A stretch of 64,000 bases of DNA, taken from a virus. The stretch is from IMG/VR virus record IMGVR_UViG_3300021594_000960, positions 9,156 through 73,155 of that record; one strand, written 5' to 3'. Position 1 is the first letter of the stretch; every line of letters starts with the position of its first letter. Shown here in pieces: positions 20,016-29,391 of the stretch. The position numbers and the translations under genes are program-made. Below the pieces are notes generated by a model. That model had not been told where the DNA came from, made no database searches, and was given only the letters and a program-made list of their open reading frames with translations.

Positions 20016-21032
20016 ATGAAAAATTTTCTAGTAACCGAACAAGAAAGAATTAACATACTTAAAAAACATCGTTCTCTCCTTAACGAAGGACCTCAAGACG
20101 ATTACAAGAAATTACAAGCTGGTTATAATGCGGGTTGTTTTGGAAATCCTCCACCAGCATTGAATAACACTACTAAGTTTCTACCAACACCTCAAGGTTC
20201 TTACATTTTTAGAAAACCTAGTGTTAGACAACCAGGAAAATTCGTTCATTACACGACGAATAATGAATATTACTTTTTTGACCCAAAAAACGGTCAATAC
20301 TCCAACTTGTTCAAAAATCAACCATGTCCAGCGATGGAAAATTATGGTGTCCCAACTACTCAAGAGAAAAATAACCAATATGAAATCCAATATTGGAGAG
20401 GACAAAATTACAAGACATTACAAGAATTACAAGCAGCTAAGGAAAATGTAACAGGAATTGATAATAACCCTTCGTGGGATAGAAAGCAGTTCGGTGATGT
20501 AGTTTTGTATAGAAGAAAAGATAACAAAGCTGGTGGTTTGAGTACAACAGATGACCCAAATGATGCATTGAGAAAGGCTGCTTTAGCGTCAATTAAGGCT
20601 GCGGGATATGAGATTGAACCTACAATTGAACAAAAAAGAACTTTAAGACCATACAAATTGTATGAATTGGGAATCCAAGGAGTAGAGCCAGGAATGTTCC
20701 CACCAGACCAAGTAGTTTATTACGATAAGGCAGCAAATAGAAACCGAGTTGACCTCGCAATTCAACAACAACAAACCGACGTTACTAAAGATGTTTGTAA
20801 ACAAAGAATTGAAGCTTTCTATCAAGAGTATATGAACAACAGAGGAGAAGATTATATAACTGATATAGGTGGTTTGAGAATCAGAAAAAATGAAGTTAGA
20901 TTCTGTGTGAATAGATGGGAAGGAAAGTGGGGATTATTTGGTGGAAAAATTAAAGATATGGTTGAAACTCTTAAAGGTAATACTGCAGAGTCACCATCAA
21001 GCTCAGGTGTAGACTCAATTTTCAGACTCTAA
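20016..21032 (+). CDS. Hypothetical protein, possibly virion-associated
   Basis: MKNFLVTEQERINILKKH..LLNE N-terminus. Confidence 0.7.
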   Translation: MKNFLVTEQERINILKKHRSLLNEGPQDDYKKLQAGYNAGCFGNPPPALNNTTKFLPTPQGSYIFRKPSVRQPGKFVHYTTNNEYYFFDPKNGQYSNLFKNQPCPAMENYGVPTTQEKNNQYEIQYWRGQNYKTLQELQAAKENVTGIDNNPSWDRKQFGDVVLYRRKDNKAGGLSTTDDPNDALRKAALASIKAAGYEIEPTIEQKRTLRPYKLYELGIQGVEPGMFPPDQVVYYDKAANRNRVDLAIQQQQTDVTKDVCKQRIEAFYQEYMNNRGEDYITDIGGLRIRKNEVRFCVNRWEGKWGLFGGKIKDMVETLKGNTAESPSSSGVDSIFRL

Positions 21033-21036
21033 AATT

Positions 21037-21717
21037 ATGATTAAGAAAGAAATAAGAAAAAAACTTTTAGAGGAAAAAAAGAGAAAAGAATCACAACTTA
21101 TTGAGAATAGAATAGTTGAAAATAGACTTTCTCTTGTTTTGGGCTCTAAAAACAATTTTATGTCTTTAGATGAAGAAAAAAGACTTAGGGTTATTTTCGA
21201 GTTTCTTAGTGAAGTTAGAAGTTTGAATGAACAAGGATTAGTTAATGAACAATTCGGAGAGATTTTAGGAAAATTATTTGGGCAAGCTCCAAGTGGAATT
21301 ACTCAAGCATTTGTTGAACCGTTGGTTGGTTCAATATTGGGATGGTTCGGATTAGGTGGTTACTTCAAAGATTTTGTAACATCTTTCATAGTTTCAGACC
21401 CAGCAAGATTAGCGAAGGCAACTAAAGATTGTAGAGAATTAACTAAATTAATTGCAGAATCATTAGCTGAGGCATTAGCAATAATGTTACAGACATCTCA
21501 AGGTCTTGATGGTAAGGGACATTCAATATTAAGAAACGTATTGGGCGGTGCAATCAAAGAAACTTCGTTCGTTTCTAATCTAGAGGAAAAATTATCCGAT
21601 GGTGTTTGTAGTTTGTTTGATAAGTACTCGGGCAATGCCGAGAATGTCTTAGATAAGATTAAAGGTAAAGGAAGTGATATTTTAGATAAAGGTAAAGAGC
21701 TGGTAGGAGCAACATAA
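21037..21717 (+). CDS. Hypothetical protein, possibly virion-associated
   Basis: ORF track; LLEE/LNEQ motifs. Confidence 0.7.
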   Translation: MIKKEIRKKLLEEKKRKESQLIENRIVENRLSLVLGSKNNFMSLDEEKRLRVIFEFLSEVRSLNEQGLVNEQFGEILGKLFGQAPSGITQAFVEPLVGSILGWFGLGGYFKDFVTSFIVSDPARLAKATKDCRELTKLIAESLAEALAIMLQTSQGLDGKGHSILRNVLGGAIKETSFVSNLEEKLSDGVCSLFDKYSGNAENVLDKIKGKGSDILDKGKELVGAT

Positions 21718-21760
21718 ACCTACATAAATCTAAAGAGCAAAAGGGGGTGTTCTAAGGTCT

Positions 21761-21791
21761 AAAAAAAAGAAGGGTTTAACCCTTCTTTTTT
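21761..21791. terminator. Bidirectional intrinsic terminator
   Basis: AAAAAGAAGGGTT-t-AACCCTTCTTTTT. Confidence 0.7.
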
Positions 21792-22453
21792 GTTTTAACA
21801 ATGGTATCAATAATACCATATTCCAAAGCTTGTTCTGAATCTAACCACAAATCCCTAGTAGCATCCTGTTTAACTTGTTCAGGGTCTTTCCCACAGTATT
21901 CTCCTAAAAGATTGAATAAAATATCATTCAACTTATGCCACTCTTTCATACTGATTTCAGCGTCTTGAATGTTGCCACCAAATCCACCTGATGATTGATG
22001 TAACATTGTCCTCGAAAATCTCAATGAGCTTCTTTTACCTTTGGTACCTGCTCCTAATAGAATTGAACCCATAGAAGCAGCCATTCCTGTGTTTACTGTT
22101 ATGATATCACATGATACATAATTCATAACATCTACCATTGAAAGTCCTGACTTTACAGAACCCCCTGGTGAATCAATATGCATCGTAATGTCTGTTTTTT
22201 CTGTGTTGTCCAAAAACATAAGTTGTGCTTGAACGATAGTGGACATTCTATCGTCGACTCCACCTGCAACCCATATAATCCTGTCCCTCATTAAACGAGA
22301 AAAGATATCAATTTGCGTTGCTCTCATTTCTCTTTCTTCTAAAATGTAAGGGGTCATCGATGATTGGATTTGCTGACCAAAATAATGAAGGTCTAATGAA
22401 CCTTTTCCTAAATGTTTTGTGTAGTAAGATGAAAATTCTTTTCCGATATCCAT
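21776..22453 (-). CDS. clpP: ATP-dependent Clp protease proteolytic subunit
   Basis: DIFSRLMRDRII, SPGGSV, GMAASMG, MLHQ. Confidence 0.97.
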   Translation of the reverse strand: MDIGKEFSSYYTKHLGKGSLDLHYFGQQIQSSMTPYILEEREMRATQIDIFSRLMRDRIIWVAGGVDDRMSTIVQAQLMFLDNTEKTDITMHIDSPGGSVKSGLSMVDVMNYVSCDIITVNTGMAASMGSILLGAGTKGKRSSLRFSRTMLHQSSGGFGGNIQDAEISMKEWHKLNDILFNLLGEYCGKDPEQVKQDATRDLWLDSEQALEYGIIDTIVKTKKKG

Positions 22454-22490
22454 AGTTTATATTGTTTGTAACAAAACTATGAAAAAAAAG

Positions 22491-23132
22491 TTACAAACCC
22501 AAAATATCGTTGGCGATTTCTTCTGATGAGAGATTTTTCCAAAGTCTCGGGTGTTGGTAAGACCATATTGTTTTCCAATATCCGAACCAAATCATCCCCT
22601 CTTTCCTTGGGTCAATTGTTTTCCAATCAGAACTATTTTTAGGGAATCTACCTATCCTATAAGTTTTGTACGGTGATATATCTCTTGTTTGATATCTTGT
22701 GTCTGACTCAGAATCGACATCTTCAAATTTTGAGAATATTTGAATTTTACAGTAATTTTTCCTTTTGTATTCTTTGATTTTTTTCAACCATAACTCGGCA
22801 TCATCACGGTTTTCCGTTTCAATTATGAACCTCACAACTTGGTCATAATCATTATACCTATGATTAAAAATCAATTTCAATCCATAAATTGGGTCAAACT
22901 TATAAATCCTCAACTCGAAATCCATGTAAAATTCTATGGGTATTCTGAATTCTTTATAAGGCCAATCACAATTACTTGTTACATGAAAGCTTTCTAACAT
23001 GACTGGTTGATGGTCGTTATTTCGATACTCAACACATTCAACGAAATAAGTTAAATCAGGTCCACCAACTCTAACTGTAATTCCATTGTTGAAATCAATT
23101 AAAATTTTCTCACTTCCTACTTGAAAAAACAT
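22491..23132 (-). CDS. Hypothetical protein
   Basis: ORF track; overlaps the end of the carbamoyltransferase. Confidence 0.7.
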   Translation of the reverse strand: MFFQVGSEKILIDFNNGITVRVGGPDLTYFVECVEYRNNDHQPVMLESFHVTSNCDWPYKEFRIPIEFYMDFELRIYKFDPIYGLKLIFNHRYNDYDQVVRFIIETENRDDAELWLKKIKEYKRKNYCKIQIFSKFEDVDSESDTRYQTRDISPYKTYRIGRFPKNSSDWKTIDPRKEGMIWFGYWKTIWSYQHPRLWKNLSSEEIANDILGL

Positions 23133-24705
23133 ATTCTCCGATTATAAGTTTATCTAATGTTCCGTCCATAAGTTTTGGAAATGCGTGGTCAGGATTATCA
23201 ATTATTGGTTCATTGTGGGTATTGAATGACGTATTCAACAAAACAGGTATACCTGAAATTTTATGGTACTCATTCAGTATTTCCCAAAATAAAGAGTTAT
23301 TTTCTTTCTTTACAAGCTGTGGCCTTGCAGTCTTATCCGATTTTTGAATTACTGCTGGAATTTTTTCAATCCATTCGTCTTTAGTTTGAAAACACAAAGT
23401 CATAAATTCAGACGTATATTTAGATTTTTTTTCTACGAAAATATCGTCAAAAAACTCCTCCATAACAATCGGTGCGAAAGGCATTGAATCATGTCTTTTG
23501 AGACGAGAATTAAGTTTTCTGTGTGTTTCATAATCAGTGGGTCTAACCAAAATACTTCTTGCACCTAAAGCCCTTGGACCATATTCGAAACCATGTTGGA
23601 ACCAACCGATAATTTCACCATTGTGTAATAATTTTGCAATTTCAGATGGGTTGTATTTTTCGTATTGAACATGGTATTTTTCTGAAGATTCAATAATTTG
23701 TTTGTTTGAATATTTTTTACCAAAAAAAACATTTTTTAATTTAAATGGTTTAGTGATTTCACCTAATTGGTGTGCTTTTATTATACACGCACCCAAGCTC
23801 AAACCCTCATCACCCATAGCGGGAAATATATAAATTTCCTCAACCCATGGAAGATTATTAATTTTTTGATTCAATTTAACATTTGCAAACAAACCACCTG
23901 AAAGACATAGTTTGGTATAATCAGGAAACCTATTGTGTAAGTCATTGAAGAAATTTAACATTAAATCCTCAGTGATTTTTTGTAAATTATATGAAAACCT
24001 TTCGATTGATTTATTGTCTTGAAACCAACCTAATCTGTGCATTGTTTCAACTATAAATCTTGTTTTGTTACCAGTATCTATCGGAAAAAATCGTAAGTCT
24101 TTGTAATCAATTAAAGACTTTAGTATTCTATATATATTTTCGTCATACTCCCCATCAGGAGCCATTCCCATTAGTTTACCTTCATCCTTACACATTTTCC
24201 AAACACTCTCACCTTCGTGGTCATATCCTTTGATTGTACTAACTGAAAACGCCCAAAGATGTGATAAACTACCTGTGCTGCACATATCATAGGAATATGC
24301 TAGAGTCATTTTTCCATCTTCACATAAGTAAACTTTCATTACTGATTTGTCTCCACCACCGTCGTATGATATACTAAGAGCTTTACCTTCCATACCACTA
24401 GTAAAATAAGCACCATAACAATGTGCGTCGTGATGACTTACTCTATCATAATTAAAATCCGTAAGTCTGTTAGCAAAAGCTTCGGTGACTGGCTCAACGA
24501 AAACCCTGTAATCGGCTTCTTTGATTTTTATACCTGAAATTTTTTCTACCTCCGCTGAACTTAATTGTGCCACACAATCGAAATTATCACCAGCTTTTTT
24601 TCTTGTAAGTCTTTCTTCTTCTATACAACAAATTATTTCGCCATCTTTAATAAAAGAAGCCGAAGGACTGTGTGAACCACCATAAAAACCAAATATTGTA
24701 CTCAT
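23110..24705 (-). CDS. Carbamoyltransferase (NodU/CmcH family)
   Basis: EERLTRKK, HHDAH, DGGGD, EGKLMGMA, GPRALGARS, LLNTSFN. Confidence 0.95.
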   Translation of the reverse strand: MSTIFGFYGGSHSPSASFIKDGEIICCIEEERLTRKKAGDNFDCVAQLSSAEVEKISGIKIKEADYRVFVEPVTEAFANRLTDFNYDRVSHHDAHCYGAYFTSGMEGKALSISYDGGGDKSVMKVYLCEDGKMTLAYSYDMCSTGSLSHLWAFSVSTIKGYDHEGESVWKMCKDEGKLMGMAPDGEYDENIYRILKSLIDYKDLRFFPIDTGNKTRFIVETMHRLGWFQDNKSIERFSYNLQKITEDLMLNFFNDLHNRFPDYTKLCLSGGLFANVKLNQKINNLPWVEEIYIFPAMGDEGLSLGACIIKAHQLGEITKPFKLKNVFFGKKYSNKQIIESSEKYHVQYEKYNPSEIAKLLHNGEIIGWFQHGFEYGPRALGARSILVRPTDYETHRKLNSRLKRHDSMPFAPIVMEEFFDDIFVEKKSKYTSEFMTLCFQTKDEWIEKIPAVIQKSDKTARPQLVKKENNSLFWEILNEYHKISGIPVLLNTSFNTHNEPIIDNPDHAFPKLMDGTLDKLIIGEYVFSSRK

Positions 24706-24710
24706 CTAAA

Positions 24711-26381
24711 TTACCTCTTGATAAGAATATTTCCTATAACAAGAAAGTCCAATTTGCATCTGAACATAGAGTTAATCGCGTCTGTAGGAGACTCAACTAT
24801 TGGCTCGTGGGGACCATTAAAACTTGTGTTCAAAAGAACAGGGACTCCAGTCTTGTCGTAGAAATTTTTAATTAATTTATAAAATCTAGGGTTTGACTCT
24901 TCAGTCACTGACTGATGTCTAGCAGAATTGTCGATGTGTGTTACCGCAGGTATTTTACTTCTCCACTCCTCTTTAACTGTAGTTGTTACTAACATGTAAG
25001 GTGAATAAACATCTGATTCGAAAATCTCTGACTGATGTTCGAATAATACAGCTGGTGCGAATGGCCTATACCACTCTCTTTTTTTGATATCGGAGTTGAT
25101 ATAACCCGTCATCCATGAGTTAATTGGTGATGCTAATATTGAACGGTTACCTAACGCTCTTGGACCTATCTCAGAGCCATTTTGGAACCATCCAATAACA
25201 CGATTCTGTGATAATTGATGAGTGACTTCCGAAACCAATTCATCAAAATTTTCGTATCTAATGAACTCCAAATCAGGAAATTCATTTATAGACTTTGTTA
25301 CTTCAGAATCTGAATATACTTTACCTAAGTAAGGAGACAATTTTTTTGTTTCTTTGATTGGACTTATTTGTTGATATCCGTACCAAGCACAACCTAAGGG
25401 GATTCCTGAGTCATCCGATGGAGGTAAAAAATAACAATCTTCATAGAGACCCGAGTTCAAAATCTGCTCATTAGAGTTACAATTAAGAAAAGAACCACCA
25501 GCAACACAAATGTTTTTTGACTCCGATAATTTCTTTCCAAGTTCTGCTAACATCACAGAAACTCTTTCTTGTTCTCTTTGATAAATTCCTGCAACACATG
25601 CTCTTGAAAAAAAGTCCGAGTCGTGTGTTACTCTTGGATATATCAAATTATTTGGGATAAATATATCTCCATCCTCCGTCCAAACATTGTAAAATGGCGC
25701 TTCTGCAACTATGTCCTTGTCGGCATAAGAAGCAAGTCCCATAAGTTTTCCTGCTGGCCAAGTATGACTTTGGGGTTCATAAATTAATTGAAGAGAACCC
25801 GTCGAATAAACGGTACCGACCGATACACATTCATTAGTATCAATTGGTACAGGGTATTTAATCCATTTTTTATAGACTTCCTTATATTCGGATTTTGTGA
25901 AATGATATATTGAAATACCTTCAGTCCACGCTTCATTATCTTTCAAACCCTCTCTTGTTTTTTCAGGATACCATTCAGATAGCCTATTTCTATCGTCTAA
26001 TATACTTCCTGACGCATCTGCAACAACAACCACAGAGTCATCAAAGCCCGAGCTAAAAAATGTAGAATAAGCGTGCGCTAGATGATGAGGTAAGAATTCA
26101 TGTTTTTGTGTTATATCGTATTTCAATTCTTTCTTGAATTTGAAAACAACATCATCAATTTCTTCAGTTGTACTATACACCCAAAGGTCAATATCTTTGA
26201 ATGTGAGAGAAGTGTTATCCAAACAATATCTGATTGACTCAACAGGAATTTCTCCTCCAACGTGTGCGCCGTCATGCTTTACCCTTGAAAGTCTTTCTTG
26301 GGTAATTCCGATAAGTATTTTTCCGTTTTCAATAATAACAGCTCCCTTGTCGTGACCGACAGAAAAACCTAAAACTCTCAT
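24711..26381 (-). CDS. Carbamoyltransferase (NodU/CmcH family)
   Basis: GHD, ERLSRVKH, HHLAHA, GKLMGLASY, GPRALGNRS, RPFAP, LLNTSFN. Confidence 0.95.
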   Translation of the reverse strand: MRVLGFSVGHDKGAVIIENGKILIGITQERLSRVKHDGAHVGGEIPVESIRYCLDNTSLTFKDIDLWVYSTTEEIDDVVFKFKKELKYDITQKHEFLPHHLAHAYSTFFSSGFDDSVVVVADASGSILDDRNRLSEWYPEKTREGLKDNEAWTEGISIYHFTKSEYKEVYKKWIKYPVPIDTNECVSVGTVYSTGSLQLIYEPQSHTWPAGKLMGLASYADKDIVAEAPFYNVWTEDGDIFIPNNLIYPRVTHDSDFFSRACVAGIYQREQERVSVMLAELGKKLSESKNICVAGGSFLNCNSNEQILNSGLYEDCYFLPPSDDSGIPLGCAWYGYQQISPIKETKKLSPYLGKVYSDSEVTKSINEFPDLEFIRYENFDELVSEVTHQLSQNRVIGWFQNGSEIGPRALGNRSILASPINSWMTGYINSDIKKREWYRPFAPAVLFEHQSEIFESDVYSPYMLVTTTVKEEWRSKIPAVTHIDNSARHQSVTEESNPRFYKLIKNFYDKTGVPVLLNTSFNGPHEPIVESPTDAINSMFRCKLDFLVIGNILIKR

Positions 26382-26386
26382 GTAAA

Positions 26387-26656
26387 TTAGTTTTCTTCAG
26401 ATGGTTGCTCAGTATTGGACATTCTTACAGCAGTACCCTCAACTAAGTCATCTTCGCATTTATATATGTGTACTTGGTCTTGATGTCTGAAAACAATTAC
26501 CTTTTCAACATCAGAACCAACTTCAATACCTTTTTGGAGGTCTACTACGATACCCTGACTATCTTCTAAGATGAGACTAAGAGCTCTCGCAAATATTAAG
26601 GATGCGTTTAATAAATCCTGTGGATTTTCGGTTGGGTTTGATTGATTTTCTTCCAT
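26387..26656 (-). CDS. Hypothetical protein
   Basis: ORF track; operon spacing. Confidence 0.7.
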   Translation of the reverse strand: MEENQSNPTENPQDLLNASLIFARALSLILEDSQGIVVDLQKGIEVGSDVEKVIVFRHQDQVHIYKCEDDLVEGTAVRMSNTEQPSEEN

Positions 26657-26660
26657 ATTT

Positions 26661-26975
26661 TTATTCTGTTTCTTCTGAAATTATGTCTCCATATTGAGAC
26701 GCGGCTTTTGGATTTCTTTCCATAAAAATCTGATATGCAATTTGATATCTTCCAAGCTCGACTTGGCAAGGAAAGTTTTCTGCGTGAAGTGAATCTACTA
26801 AGTTTTGTAATGAATCTATTGTTTGAGATTTTGCAATATCTCCACCACCCAAAACTTCAATAGGTGGTTTTTCACTCAAACTTTTATACTGTTGCATACG
26901 AATAAGTGCCCATAACAATACTAAAACTGTTATTGTGAAAGCAATTCTTATTTTTTTCTCTGAGTCCATTTTCAT
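26661..26975 (-). CDS. Single-TM hypothetical protein
   Basis: N-terminal TM helix. Confidence 0.7.
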   Translation of the reverse strand: MKMDSEKKIRIAFTITVLVLLWALIRMQQYKSLSEKPPIEVLGGGDIAKSQTIDSLQNLVDSLHAENFPCQVELGRYQIAYQIFMERNPKAASQYGDIISEETE

Positions 26976-26992
26976 AATTATAGATTGTTTTA

Positions 26993-27481
26993 TTAATAAA
27001 TGAATGATTTTTGGAAGTCATCCCAAACTTTACTCACAATAACATTTTCACCCACCAATGTCGGTGCAAAAGGTTTGTGTCTCATGGACATTCTTGCCTC
27101 CTCAGGGGTTCTATCGGCTTTTTTCAGATTACATTTGAAACAAGAAGTTACAAGGTTGTGCCAATCATTTTTACCACCACGAGACTTTGGGATTACGTGG
27201 TCTAAAGTTAGGTGTTTTGATGACCCACAATAAACACACTGATGGTTATCTCTTTTATAGATTCTATTTCTGTTTGCACGAAGGTTTCTTGTGAAATGTT
27301 TGATATATTTCAGTAGTCTGATGATGACTGGACGAACATAGGTTTTAAATCCAGCAACTATTGGGGAGTCATCTGACTTAACAATTTCAGCCTTTCCTTT
27401 ATCAACCAAAACAAATCCTCGTCGAATAGTCGTCACATTCAACGGGGTGTAATCAAAATTCAATACTAATACATCTCCCAT
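26993..27481 (-). CDS. HNH endonuclease (McrA-like)
   Basis: RDNHQCVYCG..LTLDHVIPKSRGG..NLVTSCFKCN. Confidence 0.93.
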   Translation of the reverse strand: MGDVLVLNFDYTPLNVTTIRRGFVLVDKGKAEIVKSDDSPIVAGFKTYVRPVIIRLLKYIKHFTRNLRANRNRIYKRDNHQCVYCGSSKHLTLDHVIPKSRGGKNDWHNLVTSCFKCNLKKADRTPEEARMSMRHKPFAPTLVGENVIVSKVWDDFQKSFIY

Positions 27482-27515
27482 AGGAATTTTTTTGCAAAGA
27501 TAATTTATTTTATTT

Positions 27516-27544
27516 AAAAAACAAAAGGGGTCTAATGACCCCTT
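27516..27544 (-). terminator. Intrinsic terminator after the 35-aa ORF
   Basis: AAGGGGTC-atta-GACCCCTT then TTGTTTTTT. Confidence 0.75.
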
Positions 27545-27559
27545 CGAATATACAATGCT

Positions 27560-27667
27560 TTAGCAATAGTTTATGGTTCGGGGTATCCTACGTTTCATCA
27601 CCCAAAGGTTCTCATATGAACTTGAAGTTCCCAAAAGACACGTTATTGTATTGTCTAAAATCATCAT
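27560..27667 (-). CDS. Putative leader peptide (35 aa)
   Basis: MMILDNTITCLLGTSSSYENLWVMKRRIPRTINYC*; TATTTAT at 27671-27677; terminator follows. Confidence 0.5.
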   Translation of the reverse strand: MMILDNTITCLLGTSSSYENLWVMKRRIPRTINYC

Positions 27668-27734
27668 GAAATAAATATCATAAATTTTTTTCTTAAATCA
27701 AACTTTTTTGTAACTTTGTTGAAACAAAAAAATT

Positions 27735-28007
27735 ATGCCAAACATAGATTTAGATATAGAAGTATATGAGTTTGTCCGAGCTTGCTCTAAAAGAGACATC
27801 AAAGAATTGATTAAAGAGTTGGTAGATGAGGGACATCTTCCCAAAGACTTGTATTTTAAAAATGGTGAATTAAAAAAAGAAATGAATAGAAAACTCTCAA
27901 GTGAAATTGACTTTGAGGAAAAATTAGATAAACTTAAAACGAAATACTTTTCTTTGAATAAAGATGAAGAAGATTCTTTGGAAAAGATATTTAAGAAACA
28001 TTTATAA
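27735..28007 (+). CDS. Hypothetical protein
   Basis: ORF track; TAACTTTG promoter at 27711-27718. Confidence 0.7.
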   Translation: MPNIDLDIEVYEFVRACSKRDIKELIKELVDEGHLPKDLYFKNGELKKEMNRKLSSEIDFEEKLDKLKTKYFSLNKDEEDSLEKIFKKHL

Positions 28008-28029
28008 ACTGGTATATATTTATAGAAAT

Positions 28030-28125
28030 ATGAAAACTTTGAATCTAAATACGAGAACAAATGCGACAACACCGAATGGTGATGCAGGTGGATTATGCTT
28101 AGGTTCAGAGGCAAGTGGTTGGTAA
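28030..28125 (+). CDS. Leader peptide 1 (31 aa) of tRNA cluster
   Basis: MKTLNLNTRTNATTPNGDAGGLCLGSEASGW*; TATTTAT at 28017-28023; attenuator hairpins. Confidence 0.7.
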   Translation: MKTLNLNTRTNATTPNGDAGGLCLGSEASGW

Positions 28126-28147
28126 TTAAAAACAAAGCCAATAAAAA

Positions 28148-28181
28148 ACCCTGAACCTTGAAAGTTCGGGGTTTTTTTTTT
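28148..28181 (+). terminator. Attenuator terminator 5 nt before tRNA-Pro
   Basis: ACCCTGAAC-cttgaaa-GTTCGGGGT followed by T-tract. Confidence 0.85.
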
Positions 28182-28186
28182 GAATA

Positions 28187-28261
28187 TAGAGTAGTTGACC
28201 AATAGGTAGGTCCCTTGCTTTGGGAGCAAGTGTGTGCAGGTTCGACCCCTGTCTACTCTAC
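28187..28261 (+). tRNA. tRNA-Pro(TGG)
   Basis: TAGAGTA/TACTCTA acceptor; cttgc-TTTGGGA-gcaag. Confidence 0.9.
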
Positions 28262-28273
28262 TTAATTTTAAAA

Positions 28274-28359
28274 ATGCTTCGTTGCCGTAGTGGCCGAACG
28301 GTCCAGACTGTTAATCTGGTGTGTAAAAACCATCGTAGGTTCGAATCCTACCGAAGCAG
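28274..28359 (+). tRNA. tRNA-Asn(GTT) with long variable region
   Basis: TGCTTCG/CGAAGCA acceptor; ccaga-CTGTTAA-tctgg. Confidence 0.88.
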
Positions 28360-28406
28360 CTTTTTTTGAACTCAACAATACTTATAATTAACAACATTTG
28401 TTAATC

Positions 28407-28946
28407 ATGAGTAAGTATTGCGAAAAAATTTTAGAATTGAGGAAAAATGGAATGACGTACAAAGAAATTTCCAATGAATTGAATTGTGCGTTATCCACAG
28501 TCTCTTATCATTGTAAACTTCATAAATTGGGGGGCTCAGATGGTAGGTTGACCGAAGAAGAAAAAATGAGACTACAGAAACTTTATGACCAATTTGGTTC
28601 AATAAAAAAAGTATCTGAAATCACCAAAAATTCTTCGGAAACAATTCTCAAGTATGTGAAAACAAAAAGGAAGAATAAAAAATTAACCGGTTCTGAATCT
28701 GTAATTTTATGGAGAAAAAGAACAAAATTGAAATTGATAGAGTACAAGGGAGGAAAATGTGAGATTTGTGGTTATGATAGATGTGTGAGAGCTTTACAGT
28801 TTCATCATAAAAATCCTGAAACAAAAGATTTTTCTATTTCAGGAAAAAGTCATAGTTTTGTTAAACTGAAATCGGAAGTTGATAAATGTATATTAGTTTG
28901 CTCAAATTGCCATTCAGAAATACATGACGGAATGATTGAAATTTAG
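28407..28946 (+). CDS. HTH + HNH free-standing (homing-type) endonuclease
   Basis: N-terminal HTH; KGGKCEICGY..LQFHH..KCILVCSNCHSEIH; inserted between tRNAs. Confidence 0.85.
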   Translation: MSKYCEKILELRKNGMTYKEISNELNCALSTVSYHCKLHKLGGSDGRLTEEEKMRLQKLYDQFGSIKKVSEITKNSSETILKYVKTKRKNKKLTGSESVILWRKRTKLKLIEYKGGKCEICGYDRCVRALQFHHKNPETKDFSISGKSHSFVKLKSEVDKCILVCSNCHSEIHDGMIEI

Positions 28947-29016
28947 GTCTTATAGTTAATCGGTATAATATCGGCTTGTCGCGCCGAGGTGCGGGGTTCG
29001 ATTCCCCGTGGGACCG
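28946..29016 (+). tRNA. tRNA-Asp(GTC)
   Basis: tcggc-TTGTCGC-gccga; GGTTCGATTCC. Confidence 0.88.
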
Positions 29017-29069
29017 CTGATAGGGTTTGTAGGTTGTAAAACACATTATTGTGTACCCGTATTCAAATT

Positions 29070-29142
29070 GCCTCCTTAGCTCAGCAGGTAGAGCAACTGA
29101 TTTGTAATCAGTAGGTCGTTGGTTCGATTCCGACAGGAGGCT
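29070..29142 (+). tRNA. tRNA-Thr(TGT)
   Basis: GCCTCCT/AGGAGGC; actga-TTTGTAA-tcagt. Confidence 0.95.
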
Positions 29143-29157
29143 CTAAAATTTTAATTT

Positions 29158-29391
29158 ATGCAAGTTTTTTGGACTTATTATTTGATTTGTTTTGCCTATT
29201 GTCTTTTCATGTCTGTTAGAAGATGGAATAGAGATGCAATGGCTGGTGGTCTTGGTATCTCACCTGGTTTGGATACTTTGGGACTTTTAATTATGTGTTG
29301 GATTTTAGCTCCTGTGGATATATTTCTCACATGGGTAAGAGTGTATAAAGAAGCTGAAGAAGCAAGACGAAATAATACAAAAGTATTCTAA
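29158..29391 (+). CDS. Small membrane protein
   Basis: Two hydrophobic segments. Confidence 0.7.
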   Translation: MQVFWTYYLICFAYCLFMSVRRWNRDAMAGGLGISPGLDTLGLLIMCWILAPVDIFLTWVRVYKEAEEARRNNTKVF

